This document shows, in pieces, positions 21,240 to 33,125 of a DNA stretch of 64,000 nucleotides (position 1 is the first letter of the stretch; each line of letters opens with the position of its first letter). The position numbers and the translations under genes are program-made. The notes beneath the pieces were generated by a model. That model did no database searches and had not been told where the DNA came from. It saw only the letters and a list, made by a program, of their open reading frames with translations. Source of the DNA: an uncultured delta proteobacterium. GTDB lineage: Bacteria; Desulfobacterota; Desulfobulbia; Desulfobulbales; SURF-16. The DNA lies in contig CAVSQR010000043.1 of the NCBI GenBank assembly GCA_963729825.1, positions 1,732 to 65,731 of the forward strand. Reading direction: 5' to 3'.

Positions 21240-22914
21240 TTACCTGACGTCTTCGCCCCACTCGGCGGCCTGTTCGGCAACCGGCAGCGACACGGTAAAG
21301 GTCGTGCCTCTGCCCACCTCGCTTGCCACGGAGATTGCGCCGTTATGTTTTTTTATGATGTCGTAGGTGATGCTCATCCCCAGGCCTGTTCCCTTGCCCA
21401 CCTCCTTGGTGGTGAAAAAGGGATCAAAGATTCTGGTCAGGTTCTGTTGGGCAATGCCGCACCCCGTATCGCTGATCGCCACCCGGACACTGTTTTTTTC
21501 ACGCCAGGTTTTTATGGTTATTTTCCCCTTGTTCTCTATGGCCTGGGCCGCATTGACCAGGATATTCATGAAAACCTGATTCAACTGCTGGGGGGAAGCC
21601 TTTACCCTGGGCAGGCCCTCGCCGTATTCCCGGCTGATCTCCGCCTTGTACTTCAGCTCATTGCGGATGATGTTCAGGGTGGTCTCCAGGCAGTCGTTGA
21701 TGCTGGTCAGACAGATCTCATTGTTGTCCACCCGGGAAAAATTCTTCAGATTCTGGACAATGACCCTGACCCGTTCCGCGCCGTCGCGGGATTCGGCGAT
21801 CAGGGCGGGAATGTCTTTGAGCAGATAATCAATTTTCAGTTTTTTGCGTTCATCCTGCAGTTCGCGCCAGGCCTTTTCATCCTGCAAAGCGGTAAGGAGC
21901 GTATCCTGCGAGGTAAGAAACCGGGTCAGTTTTTCCAGATAATTGTCAAGCGAGGCGAGATTGCTGGAGATAAAGCCCATGGGATTGTTTATCTCATGGG
22001 CCACCCCGGCGGCGAGCTGGCCGATGGAGGCCATTTTCTCCTGCTGGACGATCTGGGACTGGGTCTGTTTCAGTTCATTGTATGCCTGCTCAAGCTGGAT
22101 GTTGGTTTTTTCCAGCAGCCGCCTCTCCGCCTGCAGAGAGATTTCCAGCTCCTTTTTGCCGGTGATATCCCGGGACACATGGATGACCTGAACCACCTGG
22201 CCGGCGCCGTCCTTGACGGGGGAGACGGATATTTCCACGTAGAATCGCTTCCCCTGGGCATCATAATGGACATGCTCGGCCACGGCATGGCGGCCGGTGG
22301 CAAGGACCTCCCGGATGGGGCAGGCATGTTCGGGGCCTGCGCAGGGAGCGGCCAGCTGGTGGGTCACGGCATAACAGGGTCTGCCGATCACCTCATCCTC
22401 CGGCAGGCCGGTTTCCCGGATAAATACCTTATTGGCGGTGACAATGGCAAAATCCCTGACGTTGATAATGGCTATGGACTCATTGATGCCGTCGAGGATA
22501 ATCCTGGGCAGTTCGTTGAGGTGCCGGATCTCCTCCTGCAGCCGTTTTTTTTCCAGCAATGCCTCAATTCTGGGGAGAACGATCTCCAGATTGAGAGGTT
22601 TGGTGAAATAGCCGTCCGCACCCTGGTGCAGGGCATCGATCACCGTGTCCGTCGATGCGTCGCCAGTGATAATGATGCAGAGCAGTCGGGGGTGAATTTT
22701 TTTTAAAATCTCTTACCAGTTCGGTGCCCCAGGTGTCCGGCAGCATCATGTCGACCAAACGCATATCCGGCTGGTTGCGGCTGACCAGCTGCAGGGCCTC
22801 GGCACCGGTGCCGGCAACGGACACGACATATCCATGCCATTCGAAAATGCTCTGCAGGGTGTTTCTGACGGAAGGATCGTCATCAATTATCAAAAGATGT
22901 GTTTGGTCGGGCAT
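21240..22914 (-). CDS. Receiver-PAS-histidine kinase (HisKA/HATPase), frameshift near 22690
   Basis: N-terminal receiver (LLIIDDD) in ORF 22564-22914; PAS; GVAHEINNP, QVFMNILVNA, DTGCG, PFFTTK and GTGLG. The break lies near a T9 homopolymer. Confidence 0.88.
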
Positions 22915-23321
22915 GGGCTTTGGGTAATATTTTTTCGGTAGCCGGAAGAAAGAAGGAGGACATGATCGGCTATGCTGTTATGATGTCTGCTCTCATACTG
23001 GCATGGATTCGCGGTGAAGATCAAGTAAATAAATGTGTTTCTGCGTACGGGTAATGATCTGCCCGGCGAGGTAACGGAGAAACCGTTTGACATCAACCGG
23101 CATGAACATGATACATAATATACATGTTATGTTCAGTGACCTCCCCCTTGAATCAGCAAACGGCAGGTGCAGGAAGGACAGAGGAAAAAAGCCTCTCCCC
23201 TGCGCGGAGACGCCGCAGAATCAGCAACGGCGGTTTTGCCCCCATGGCTCCGGAATACGGGACAGGAAAGGCGCAGACGATGACCAGGGGCGGGCCGGGA
23301 CCGGCAAACAGCACGGAGGGT

Positions 23322-26147
23322 ATGGAAAGAAACGCCCCCAGGTCTTTCCCCTGGTGGCTGCTGGTGATGTTTATTGTCGGGCTGGTGATTCTGCTTACGG
23401 GCGGCGTCTGGTTTTACCGCAGCCAGGAACGGCACCTGCGGGCCGGGGCTGAGGAGGACCTCGCCGCCGTCGCCCGGCTGAAGGTGGAGCAGATTGCCCA
23501 ATGGCGGGCCGAGCGGCTGGGGGATGCCGCCGTGGTCAGTGAAAGCCCCTTTGTCGCCGATGTGCTGAGACAATGGCTGGCGGACCCGCGGCCCGAACTG
23601 AGCGGCAGCATTCTGGTCCATTTCCGGTCCCTGCAGGAACATTATCATTACCGCAATGTTCTGCTGGTGGGTGCTGACGGCCGGGTGCATTTGACTCTCA
23701 CCGGCGGGACTGGTCAGCTCCATGAGGATGCGTTACGGTGTCTGGCCGAGGCCTTTTCCCGGCGGCGGCCCGTGCTGAGCGACCTGCACAGCGGCCCCGG
23801 CGACCTGTCGCCCCACCTGGACGTCATCGCCCCGCTTTTTGCCGGTGCGGCCGGGGCAGGCGCGCCGGCGGGCGCGGTTATCCTGCAGAGCGAGGCCCGC
23901 CAGTTCCTCTATCCCATGATCGAAAGCTGGCCGGGCCGGAGCCCCAGCGCCGAGACTCTGCTCGTCCGCCGTGATGCGGACTCGGTGCTCTTTCTCAATG
24001 AGCTGCGCCACCGCAGGGACACGGCGTTTAAACTGCGCATACCGCTCAGCCGGACCGATGTGCCGGCGGTCATGGGGGTGCTGGGCGGAGAAGGGGTCTT
24101 GCAGGGTGTGGACTATCGCGGGGTGGAGGTGTTGTCCGCCGTGCGCGCCGTGCCGGATTCTCCCTGGTATGTGGTGGCCAAGATCGATGCGGCGGAGGTT
24201 TTTTATACCTGGCGCTCGATCTCCTTGCTCATCATGCTGCTGATCCTGGCGGTCCTGGCCGCCTCGGTGGCCGGCGTGGCCATCGTCTGGCAGCGCCGGG
24301 CCAAGGTCCATTATCGTGAGCTTTTTCAGGCAAAGGCAAAGCAGCTGGAGAACCAGGAAAAACTCCAGGCCGCCATGCGGGAGGTCGCCGCCAGAAACGA
24401 CATCGCCCAGGTCTTTCTCACGGTTGCCGATGACGGGATGTACCAGCGGGTTCTCTCCGTCATCCTTGACGCCATGGGCAGCCGCCTGGGGGTGTTCGGC
24501 TACCTGGACGCGGAGGGGAACTTCGTCGCGCCGACGATGACAGGCACTGGTTGGGACAAGTGCCTGATGCCGGACAAGACAGGCTTCTTTGCCCGCGAGA
24601 CCTGGCTCGGGAGCGACGGCAGCTGGCCGCGGGCCATACGCGAGAAGCGCACGATCTGTATCAATGAGCCCTGCGACCCACATTCCGGCCGGCCACCTGC
24701 CGATAACCAGGCATATTTCCATGCCGCTCATCCATCAGGACCGGGTGGTGGGCCTCATCCAGGTGGCAAACAGGGAAACGGACTACACGGCCGGGGATGT
24801 GGTGCTCCTTGAGACACTTGGCCAGTCCATCGCGCCGGTGCTCGACGCCAGGCTCAGGGTCGAGTGGACCGAGACGGCCCGCCGGCTGGCCGAGGATCTT
24901 ATCCGCATCCGGCTGACGGATGGTGGAGTTTGCCGCATCCCATCGTCTTGATGAGCTGCTCGAGAAGATTCTGGACGAAGTGGAGGCCTTGACCGGCAGT
25001 TGCATCAGCTTTTATCACTTTGTGGAGAGTGACCAGAAAACCCTTACTCTGCAGGCCTGGTCGACCCGGACGAGCAGGGAATTCTGCAAGGCGGAAGGAC
25101 AAAGGCCTGCACTACCTATCGACCAGGCGGGGGTCTGGGTGGACTGCGTTCAGCAACGGCAGCCGGTGATCCATAATGACTATGCCTCGCTGCCGCATCG
25201 CAGGGGAATGCCGCCTGGTCACGCAGAGGTCGTGCGGGAGCTGGTGGTGCCGATTATGCGGGCCAGACCGGGTGGTGGCCATCCTCGGCATCGGCAACAA
25301 GTCCGTTGATTACACGCAGAAAGATGTGGAAATCGTCTCCTACCTGGCGGATGTCGCCTGGGAAATCACCGAGCGGAAGATGGCGGAGGAAGAAGTCCGC
25401 AGACTCAACGGCGAACTGGAACAGCGCGTGACCGAGCGCACCCGTGAGCTGCGGGAGGCCCAGGAAAAACTCATCCGGCAGGAACGGCTGGCCGCGGTGG
25501 GCCAGCTGGCGGGCGGCCTCGGCCATGAGCTGCGTAAACCTCTGACCGTCATGGCCAATGCCGTCTATTACCTGCGCCTGATCCAGCCCGACGCGGAAGG
25601 AAAGGTGAAGGAATACCTGGGTATTCTGGATAAACGAGGTGTTCGCCGCCGAAAAAATCATCAGCGATCTGCTGGATTTTTCCCGGATCAAATCCGTGGA
25701 CCGCACGGCGGTCAGCCCCGCCGAACTGGTGGCAAACACCCTGCAACGCTTTCCGGCGCCCGGACAATATCAGCGTGCGGCTGGATGTTCCCGCCGACCT
25801 GCCGCCCGTCCATGTCGACCCGTATCAGCTGATCCAGGTGCTGGGCAACCTGGTGGTGAATGCCTGCCAGGCCATGGCCGATGGCGGCGCGCTGACCGTT
25901 GCAGTCTGCCGGGAAGAGGAGATGGTTGCCTTGGCCGTAACGGATACGGGACCGGGCATCGCAGCTGAGAATATGGCCAGACTCTTTGAACCGCTGTTTA
26001 CCACCAAGGTGCGCGGCATCGGGCTGGGACTTGCCGTGAGCCGGAAGCTGGTGGAGAACAACGGAGGCTGGATCGGGGTCCGGAAGAATACCGGACCGGG
26101 GCGCGACTTTCACCGTTCATCTGCCGGTCCGGCAGGAAGGGATGTGA
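23322..26147 (+). CDS. Membrane sensor histidine kinase (Cache-like periplasmic domain, two GAFs, HisKA, HATPase), multiple frameshifts
   Basis: Two TM helices flank DYRGVEVL...WYVVAKID; GAF segments; GLGHELRKP, NLVVNACQAM, DTGPG, PLFTTK and GIGLGL. Confidence 0.8.
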
Positions 26148-26195
26148 ACCGATGCGCAATGAAGATAGCACCATTTTCCAAATAAAGAGGTTATT

Positions 26196-28138
26196 ATGAA
26201 TGAACCGCTCCATGTCCTTATCGTGGATGATGAACCCATGTTGCGCCAAACCTTGGCGGATATTCTGCAAAAGAGAGGGTTTGCCCCGGCGGCCGCGGCA
26301 ACCGGGCAACAGGCCCTGGAGGAGCTGGCCAGGCAGGAGTTCCCCGTTGTCCTGCTCGACCTGCGGCTGGAAGACATGACCGGCATGGAGGTGCTGCGCC
26401 GGATCAGGGAGCGTTGGCCCGATACCCAGTGTATCCTGCTCACCGGCCATGCCTCCCAGGATTCCGCTATCGAGGCGATCAACCTGGGGGCCTATTCCTA
26501 CGTCATGAAACCCTGTGACATGGAACAGCTGCTGCTGACCATTCGCCGGGCCGGGGAAAAATGGCAGATGGCGGACTCGCTGCGCAGCAGTGAGGCCAGG
26601 TACCGGCGGCTGCATGACAGCATGACGGACGCCTTTGTCGTGGTTGACATGAATGGCCGTCTCCTGGAATGGAACAAGGTCTACCGGAGCATGCTGGGTT
26701 ACACGGACGAGGAATTGCGCCAACTGTCCTATATGGACCTGACCCCGGTTGCATGGCGGGAGATGGAAAGGAAGATCGTGGAGGAGCAGATCATTCCCCT
26801 ACGGCTACTCGGAGGTGTATGAGAAGGAGTACCGCCGCAAGGACGGCAGCATCTTGCCGGTGGAGCTGCGGACCTATCTGCTGCGGGATGCCAACGGCCG
26901 GCCCTCTGGCATGTGGGCCATTGTGCGGGACATCAGCCAGCGCAAGAAGGATGAGGGAGAAAAAAGCCGGCTGGAGGAGCAGCTCCGGCAGTCCCAGAAA
27001 CTGGAGGCCGTAGGCCGCCTGGCCGGCGGCGTGGCCCACGACTTCAACAACCTGCTGACCGTTATCCTGGGTTATGGGGAATTAGTGCTGCAGGATATGC
27101 ATAAGGAGCATCCCTCCTATGAACCGCTGCAGCAGATTTATCAGGCCGGATCTGCGCGCCAGGGATCTTACCCGGCAGCTGCTGGCCTTCAGCCGCAAAC
27201 AGGTGCTGGAAATGCAGGTGGTGGATCTCAACGCGGTGGTGAGAGGGTTTGAGAAGCTGCTGCGCCGGGTGATCGGCGAGGATATTGAATTGCGGCTGGT
27301 GCTGACCGCCCAGCCGCTTGCCGGTCAAGGCGGACACCTCCCAATTGGAGCAGGTGCTGATGAACCTGGCGGTCAACGCCCGGGACGCCATGCCGGAAGG
27401 CGGAACCCTGACCATCGAGACGACCGTGGTCAGCCTTGATGGACGATTATGCGGCGCAGAAGTCCGGCGTCATCCCCGGGTACGTATGCCATGATCGCGG
27501 TCAGCGACACCGGCTGCGGCATGGACCGCGACACCATGGCGCTCATTTTCGAGCCGTTCTTCACCACCAAGCCAAGGGACAAGGGCACCGGCCTGGGGCT
27601 GGCCACCTCATACGGCATCGTCAAGCAGCACGGCGGCAATATCTGGGTGTACAGCGAGCCGGGCCGGGGCACAACCTTCAAGATCTATCTGCCCCTGGCC
27701 GGAGAACCGGCCGGCACGGAAAACGGCCTTGCCGCGGAACCCACGAACCTGCGCGGCCACGAGACGATCCTGCTGGTGGAGGACGACGAACAGTTGCGAA
27801 ATCTTACGCTTCATCATTCTCAGGCGGCAGGGCTACACGGTCCTGGTGGCGGAAAACGGCCAGGCGGCCTTGACCATGCTGGACGACTTCGCAGGGGCCG
27901 GTGCATCTGCTGCTGACCGATGTGGTCATGCCCGGCATGAGCGGCAGAGACCTGGGGGACCGGATAGCCGCGCGGATTCCCGATATGAAGGTGCTCTTAC
28001 ATGTCCGGCTACACCGGCAATGTCATCGCCCACCGGGGGGTGCTTGACCAGGGGGTGAACTTCATCCAGAAACCTTTTTCGGCCCAGGCCCTGGCGGTCA
28101 AGATACGCAAAGTCCTGGAAGAGGATACGTCATCATAG
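26196..28138 (+). CDS. Hybrid histidine kinase (REC-PAS-HisKA-HATPase-REC), multiple frameshifts
   Basis: [44 protein letters not shown], and a C-terminal receiver ([15 protein letters not shown]). Confidence 0.85.
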
Positions 28139-28199
28139 TCAGGAGCCGGCAACTGGTGTCAGCTCCTGAGGAACTTGGAAATTTCACATTTAGCGTTAG

Positions 28200-28274
28200 C
28201 GTCATGCCCGAAGGTTTTATCGGGCATCCAGCAAAGATCCTGGATTCCCGCTCAACAGCATTGCGGGAATGACG
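28200..28274. repeat. Composite palindromic repeat of the GTCAT...GGAATGAC type
   Basis: CGTCATGCCCGA-n-TCGGGCATCCAG...CTGGATTCCCGC-n-GCGGGAATGACG forms two hairpins, between convergent genes. Confidence 0.75.
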
Positions 28275-28305
28275 GCGCTTTGAGACTCGACAACCGGTAT
28301 ATTTA

Positions 28306-28354
28306 GAGCCGTTACGAAATAACCTCGGCTTTCTGAACCATTTCGTTACGGCTC
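28306..28354. repeat. Palindromic REP-like element, inverted copy of the 15939-15990 family
   Basis: GAGCCGTTACGAAATAAC...ATTTCGTTACGGCTC. Confidence 0.7.
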
Positions 28355-28498
28355 CTTATGCCGTTTTACAAGCCAGATGAGGACATTATTTTGTTACAAC
28401 GGCTTAGAATTGCCGAGCTCCTTACTTCCTCATTCCGGCTCCTGACTTCTGACTCCTGAATTCTTGCCCCCGCATCCGGCAAGTCAGCAGATGTTGAG

Positions 28499-28906
28499 CT
28501 AAAACGGCACATCATCTCCCATGCGTGGTTCGGGGGGAGGCGGCTCCTCGGCGTAATTACCTGCCGCCGAGGAAGAGGCGCCCTTGGGATCAAGCATCTT
28601 CATCTCCCTGGCAACGATCTCCGTGGTGTAGCGCTTGTTGCCGTCCTTGTCATTCCATGAGCGGGTCTGGATGCGTCCCTCCACGTAAACCTTTGAGCCT
28701 TTGGAAAGATATTCCCCGCAGATTTCCGCCAGACGGGCAAAGGCCACAATCCGGTGCCATTCCGTCTGTTCCTGCATCTGGCCGTCCTGGCCCTTCCATT
28801 TTTCCGTGGTGGCCACATTGAAATTTGCCACAGCCGTACCGCTCTGGGTGTAGCGTACCTCCGGGTCTGAGCCCAGGTTGCCGATGATGATGGCTTTATT
28901 GATCAT
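28499..28906 (-). CDS. ssb: Single-stranded DNA-binding protein
   Basis: [23 protein letters not shown] and KVYVEGR; acidic tail DDVPF. Confidence 0.97.
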   Translation of the reverse strand: MINKAIIIGNLGSDPEVRYTQSGTAVANFNVATTEKWKGQDGQMQEQTEWHRIVAFARLAEICGEYLSKGSKVYVEGRIQTRSWNDKDGNKRYTTEIVAREMKMLDPKGASSSAAGNYAEEPPPPEPRMGDDVPF

Positions 28907-29086
28907 GATAGAACTCCTTAAAAGACGGCGATGTGAGAAATGGTGTATATGAATAGGTCAACAAAATTAAACAGTATAAATTACATCGGCCGGCAGTGCA
29001 ATCAGTCAATCAATGTTCCGCGTTCCGGCCGCAGAAAAGAATTATAGGCAAAGCAGCAAAGACGCAAGTAATTAATGCAGCTTTTT

Positions 29087-30223
29087 TTAACCCGAAAAAG
29101 CGGCAGCCGCATCAAGGTCTTCGGGTAAACGCCTGGCCTGACCCGGGGCAAAACCGCATTCCTGCCATATTTCCTCGCTTTCCATGCAGAAATAGAGGCA
29201 GGTGGCCGGATGGGCCCGTTGCCGGAGGTGATGGAGCAGGTGCTGGTAGAGTTCCACCCGCAGCGAGCGGAAATAACGGCATTTGCCGTCCAGGCCCATG
29301 ATGAACTCCTCATGGAAGAATTGCGAGTTCGGAAAACGGGTGAGGGCAGTGGGGCGCAGGGCCGGCAGGAAGCGTAATGCCCCCAGGCTGATCCAGGCGA
29401 TTTTCTCTGCCGGCACGGTGTCAAAAAGTTTGTGGATGGTTGCCGCGTATCCTTCCCGCCAGCCCGGGTGATAGATGATCGGGTCGAAATGAAAGGCCAG
29501 CCGGTAGCCCCACTTGGCGCACTGCACAGCCGCTGCGAGCCTTTCCTCAAGGCTTGCGGTTTTGAGCTCCTCGTTCTTCATGATGGCGGGGCTGTTCAGC
29601 GACCAGGCGACAATGGTCCGGCCGCCGTGGTCGAGATTTTCCAGATGGGCGATGGAGACGCTTTTGGTTTTGAGTTCGAGCACGGCCGAGCGCTTGTCCC
29701 GCATGTACTCCACCAGGATTCGGCTCAGGCCGGTCAAAGAGTCCAGGGCCAGGCTGTCGGTAAACTCGCCGGTGCCGATCCGCCAGAACTGGTTTGTATG
29801 GGTAAAGGCCAGGTCGAGTTCCGCCAGCAGATCATCGATATTGACAAAAAAGGAAATCCACGGGTTATTGAGGTAGGCCTGGAGAATGCAGTAAACGCAG
29901 TCCATGGGGCAGTTCATGCCGATATTCAACACCTGGTAATCGCAGCAGCAGTATTCTCTGGTGCCTGGGCAGGGTTTAAAAAAACTGCCCCGGTTGCGGC
30001 ACAGGAGAAGATGCTGTTTGCCTTTTGCCAGGCTGCGCGGGTATGGCCCCGCATCGATCCGGGGAATGGCGCGGTCGGCAATGATTTCCACGGCAATATG
30101 TGGTGCGCGGGCGAGGATTTCCCTGGTATAGGAGAGATCCCGGCAGCTTTCCTCGATGAAAATTTTACGGATATGTCTTGCTGGATCGGATTTTTGATGA
30201 TTATAGTAACTTTTTTCTGACAT
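29087..30223 (-). CDS. Spore photoproduct lyase (SplB)-like radical SAM protein
   Basis: CPMDCVYCILQ (CxxxCxxC), GTGEFTDSL, ELKTK, AWSLN, FHFDPI and YFCMES. Confidence 0.88.
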   Translation of the reverse strand: MSEKSYYNHQKSDPARHIRKIFIEESCRDLSYTREILARAPHIAVEIIADRAIPRIDAGPYPRSLAKGKQHLLLCRNRGSFFKPCPGTREYCCCDYQVLNIGMNCPMDCVYCILQAYLNNPWISFFVNIDDLLAELDLAFTHTNQFWRIGTGEFTDSLALDSLTGLSRILVEYMRDKRSAVLELKTKSVSIAHLENLDHGGRTIVAWSLNSPAIMKNEELKTASLEERLAAAVQCAKWGYRLAFHFDPIIYHPGWREGYAATIHKLFDTVPAEKIAWISLGALRFLPALRPTALTRFPNSQFFHEEFIMGLDGKCRYFRSLRVELYQHLLHHLRQRAHPATCLYFCMESEEIWQECGFAPGQARRLPEDLDAAAAFSG

Positions 30224-30318
30224 GCATCACACCATACCTGAGGCTGACATGGGCGACAAACGAAAAAACATTCTTTTTTGCTGAGCAGTGGCGAGGCCGA
30301 TCAGTGTCTTTTTATAAA

Positions 30319-32214
30319 ATGCATTTTTATCTCAGCTTCATCTTTCTGCTGTTTGCCGTGCAATCGGCGTCGGCTCATACCCGGAATTTTCATCTCCCGC
30401 CCCATGATATCCTGGTCCTGCATTCCTTACACAGCGGCCTCGACAGAGTGGAAAGTATCAATAAGGGCATTGAGGAGGTTCTGCTGGCCAAGGACCGGCA
30501 GGACATCGAATTGTACATTGAATACATGGACGGTCTGCGCCAGCCCGGAGAAGAAAATTTCCAGCGTATCTACCGCTTTCTCACTGAAAAGTACGGGTCC
30601 CGCAAATTTTCTGCCGTGATCGGGGTGGACACCGCCGCCGTCGCCTTTCTCCAGCAGTACCATGCCGTGCTTTTTCCCATGACCCCTGTCCTTTATTGCG
30701 GCGTGAGCTGCCGGCCGAATGACCCGGATGCCCCCACCGGAGGTTTTGTCGGGGTTTGCGAAGACGTTGATATCATGGCCACCATTAAAGCAGGACTCCA
30801 GTTATATCCCAAGACAAAGGACATTTTCATCATTAATGACCGCACTGTTGACGGTCTGATCTATGATGCCAAAATCAAGGAAAGCATGATCGCCTTTGCC
30901 GGGCGTCTCACCTTCCATCTGTGGGATGATATCAGCATGGAGGAATTGCTGGAAAAGGTGCGGCAGGTGCAGGAAGGCGGCCTGGTGCTGCTGGTTAATT
31001 TTACCCGTGACAGCAATGGGGTAACTTTTTCATACGGCAGGAGCGTCGGGCTTATTTCCGCAAAATGCAAGGTTCCCATTCTGTCCATGTGGCAGTTTTA
31101 TCTGGGCAGCGGCGTTTTGGGGGGAATGATGGTTGACGGGAGATCCCAGGGCATGGCGGCGGCCAAGATGGTCGTTGATATTCTCATGGGCGACCCTGTT
31201 GAAAATTTTATCGCCCGGCAGTCCACCGCCAATCACCTGATTTTTGACTATAACCGGATGAAAAGATTTGCCATCCCATACAAGGTCCTGCCTGAAGGCA
31301 GCATGGTCACGGATGAGCCGCAGTCCATTCTCTGGAAATACAAAAAGACCGGTCTGACCGTGCTGGGCATCGCCCTGGCCCTGGAAGCCACGGTCATTAT
31401 TCTTTCCGTTGTCACCTATAAAAGTAAGAAGGCCGAGCAGATGCTGGAGGAACTGGTCGATAAGCGCACCCATGAACTGACCAGCGCCAATGAAAAACTG
31501 AAAGCGGAAATCCATGTGCGGAAAAAAATTGAGGAGGCCCTGCGCGAATCAGAGGAAACCCTGCATCAGCTCTCCATCAATCTGTTGACGGTTCAGGAAA
31601 ATGAGCGCCGCCGCATTTCGGTGGAACTGCATGATGAGCTGGGGCAGTCCCTGGCCGCCCTGAAACTCCAGGTCGGTGCCCTGGAGAAGCAGCTCGGGTA
31701 TGATCTGCCCTACAGGCTCCAGGAGGAGTGTGACGAGCTGCGTCAGAGCATCAATCTCATTATCGAGAATGTGCGCCGTCTTTCCCGCGATCTCAGCCCG
31801 GTTGCCCTGGATGATCTGGGTATTGATGCGGCACTTGAGTATCTGATCACCAATTTCGCCAAGCTGCACGAGATTGAGGTTTCTCTTGATCTGATCGAGA
31901 TCAATCATCTCTTCAGCCAGGCGGCCCAGCGGCTGGTTTACCGGATCGTCCAGGAGTCGCTCAACAATATCGGCAAGCACGCCAACGCCACCCATGCCAG
32001 CATCAAAATTGAAAAAGTAAAAAATCGCATCTTTCTCATTGTGAAAGATAACGGAACTGGTTTTAATACGAGGGAATTTCAGAACCGGAAGAAATCGGAA
32101 AGCGGCATGGGCCTTGCTGCCATGGCGGAGCGGGTGCGGATTCTGGAAGGGGTCATGGATATCAACAGTGAAGAGGGCGAAGGCACCACGATCACGGTAA
32201 GTCTGCCGGTTTAG
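30319..32214 (+). CDS. Sensor histidine kinase (periplasmic ABC-substrate-binding-like domain, HisKA_3, HATPase)
   Basis: Signal peptide; LYIEYMD; TM helix; QENERRRISVELHDELGQSL, QESLNNIGKHA, DNGTGF and GMGL. Confidence 0.9.
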   Translation: MHFYLSFIFLLFAVQSASAHTRNFHLPPHDILVLHSLHSGLDRVESINKGIEEVLLAKDRQDIELYIEYMDGLRQPGEENFQRIYRFLTEKYGSRKFSAVIGVDTAAVAFLQQYHAVLFPMTPVLYCGVSCRPNDPDAPTGGFVGVCEDVDIMATIKAGLQLYPKTKDIFIINDRTVDGLIYDAKIKESMIAFAGRLTFHLWDDISMEELLEKVRQVQEGGLVLLVNFTRDSNGVTFSYGRSVGLISAKCKVPILSMWQFYLGSGVLGGMMVDGRSQGMAAAKMVVDILMGDPVENFIARQSTANHLIFDYNRMKRFAIPYKVLPEGSMVTDEPQSILWKYKKTGLTVLGIALALEATVIILSVVTYKSKKAEQMLEELVDKRTHELTSANEKLKAEIHVRKKIEEALRESEETLHQLSINLLTVQENERRRISVELHDELGQSLAALKLQVGALEKQLGYDLPYRLQEECDELRQSINLIIENVRRLSRDLSPVALDDLGIDAALEYLITNFAKLHEIEVSLDLIEINHLFSQAAQRLVYRIVQESLNNIGKHANATHASIKIEKVKNRIFLIVKDNGTGFNTREFQNRKKSESGMGLAAMAERVRILEGVMDINSEEGEGTTITVSLPV

Positions 32215-32344
32215 CCGGATACTCTGATGGCAACCAGGCACCATGCTGCCGGGCGCTGTCATTGCTGTTTTCGTCGGGCCCATACTCTTTCTTCACAGTG
32301 GGCATATGTTAATTACCGTCTTTTCGGATGGATAGGGAATCGCT

Positions 32345-33001
32345 ATGAAAGTGTATCAGGTTTTACTTGCTGACGATCATGTGTTAATTCGTCATGGCAT
32401 TAAGAAGATCATTGAATCAGAGCCGTCGCTCGAAGTTATCGGCCAGGTCGGGGATGGTCTGGAACTGCTGAACATGATGAAGGAGGTGACCCCTGATATT
32501 GTCCTGCTCGACATATCCATGCCCAATCTGCGGGGCATCGAGGCCATCGGTGAGGCCAAGAAGATCTGCCCGGATGTCAAGATTCTGATTCTCACCATGC
32601 ATAAAAGTAAACAGTATCTCTGCCATGCCATGTCGGCCGGGGCGGACGGCTATGTTTTAAAAGAGGACTCTGACACGGAGCTGCTGACCGCCATTAATCA
32701 GGTACTGAAGGGCAATGTCTTCATCTCTCCCGTTCTGTCAAAGGAGTTCTCCAGTTCCGACGTCGATCTCTGTATCAAGACAAAGAATTTCCCTGCCGAA
32801 TCCTTGACGCCAAGGGAGAGGCAGGTTTTGAAGATGGTCGCCGAGGGCAGAACGAGCAGGGATATCGCCGAACTGCTGTCGATCAGCACCAGAACGGTGG
32901 AGCACCATCGGGCCAATCTGCTGAAAAAACTTAATATCAGTAATACCGCTGATTTGATTAAATATGCCATTCAGAAGGGCTATATCCTGCCCAGTACTTG
33001 A
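32345..33001 (+). CDS. NarL/LuxR family response regulator
   Basis: LADDH and LLDISMP receiver motifs; LTPRERQVL...TVEHHRANL LuxR-type HTH. Confidence 0.95.
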   Translation: MKVYQVLLADDHVLIRHGIKKIIESEPSLEVIGQVGDGLELLNMMKEVTPDIVLLDISMPNLRGIEAIGEAKKICPDVKILILTMHKSKQYLCHAMSAGADGYVLKEDSDTELLTAINQVLKGNVFISPVLSKEFSSSDVDLCIKTKNFPAESLTPRERQVLKMVAEGRTSRDIAELLSISTRTVEHHRANLLKKLNISNTADLIKYAIQKGYILPST

Positions 33002-33044
33002 TGAATTCGTATTTATGCCCCTTGCGGGTAAAAAGTCTGTTTTC

Positions 33045-33125
33045 ACCACGGAGCACACAGAGATCACAAAGAAAAAATTTTTAATTACAATTAGTTATCT
33101 CTGTGATCTCTGTGCTCTCTGTGGT
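33045..33125. repeat. Inverted repeat built from 9-nt units (ACCACGGAGCACACAGAGATCAC...GTGATCTCTGTGCTCTCTGTGGT)
   Basis: Imperfect hairpin with ~28-nt arms and an AT-rich loop, downstream of the NarL-type gene. Confidence 0.7.

Noticed and set aside
22696-22704. Phase-variable T9 tract in the kinase gene
   Set aside because: Cannot be distinguished from homopolymer or indel error given the background error rate.
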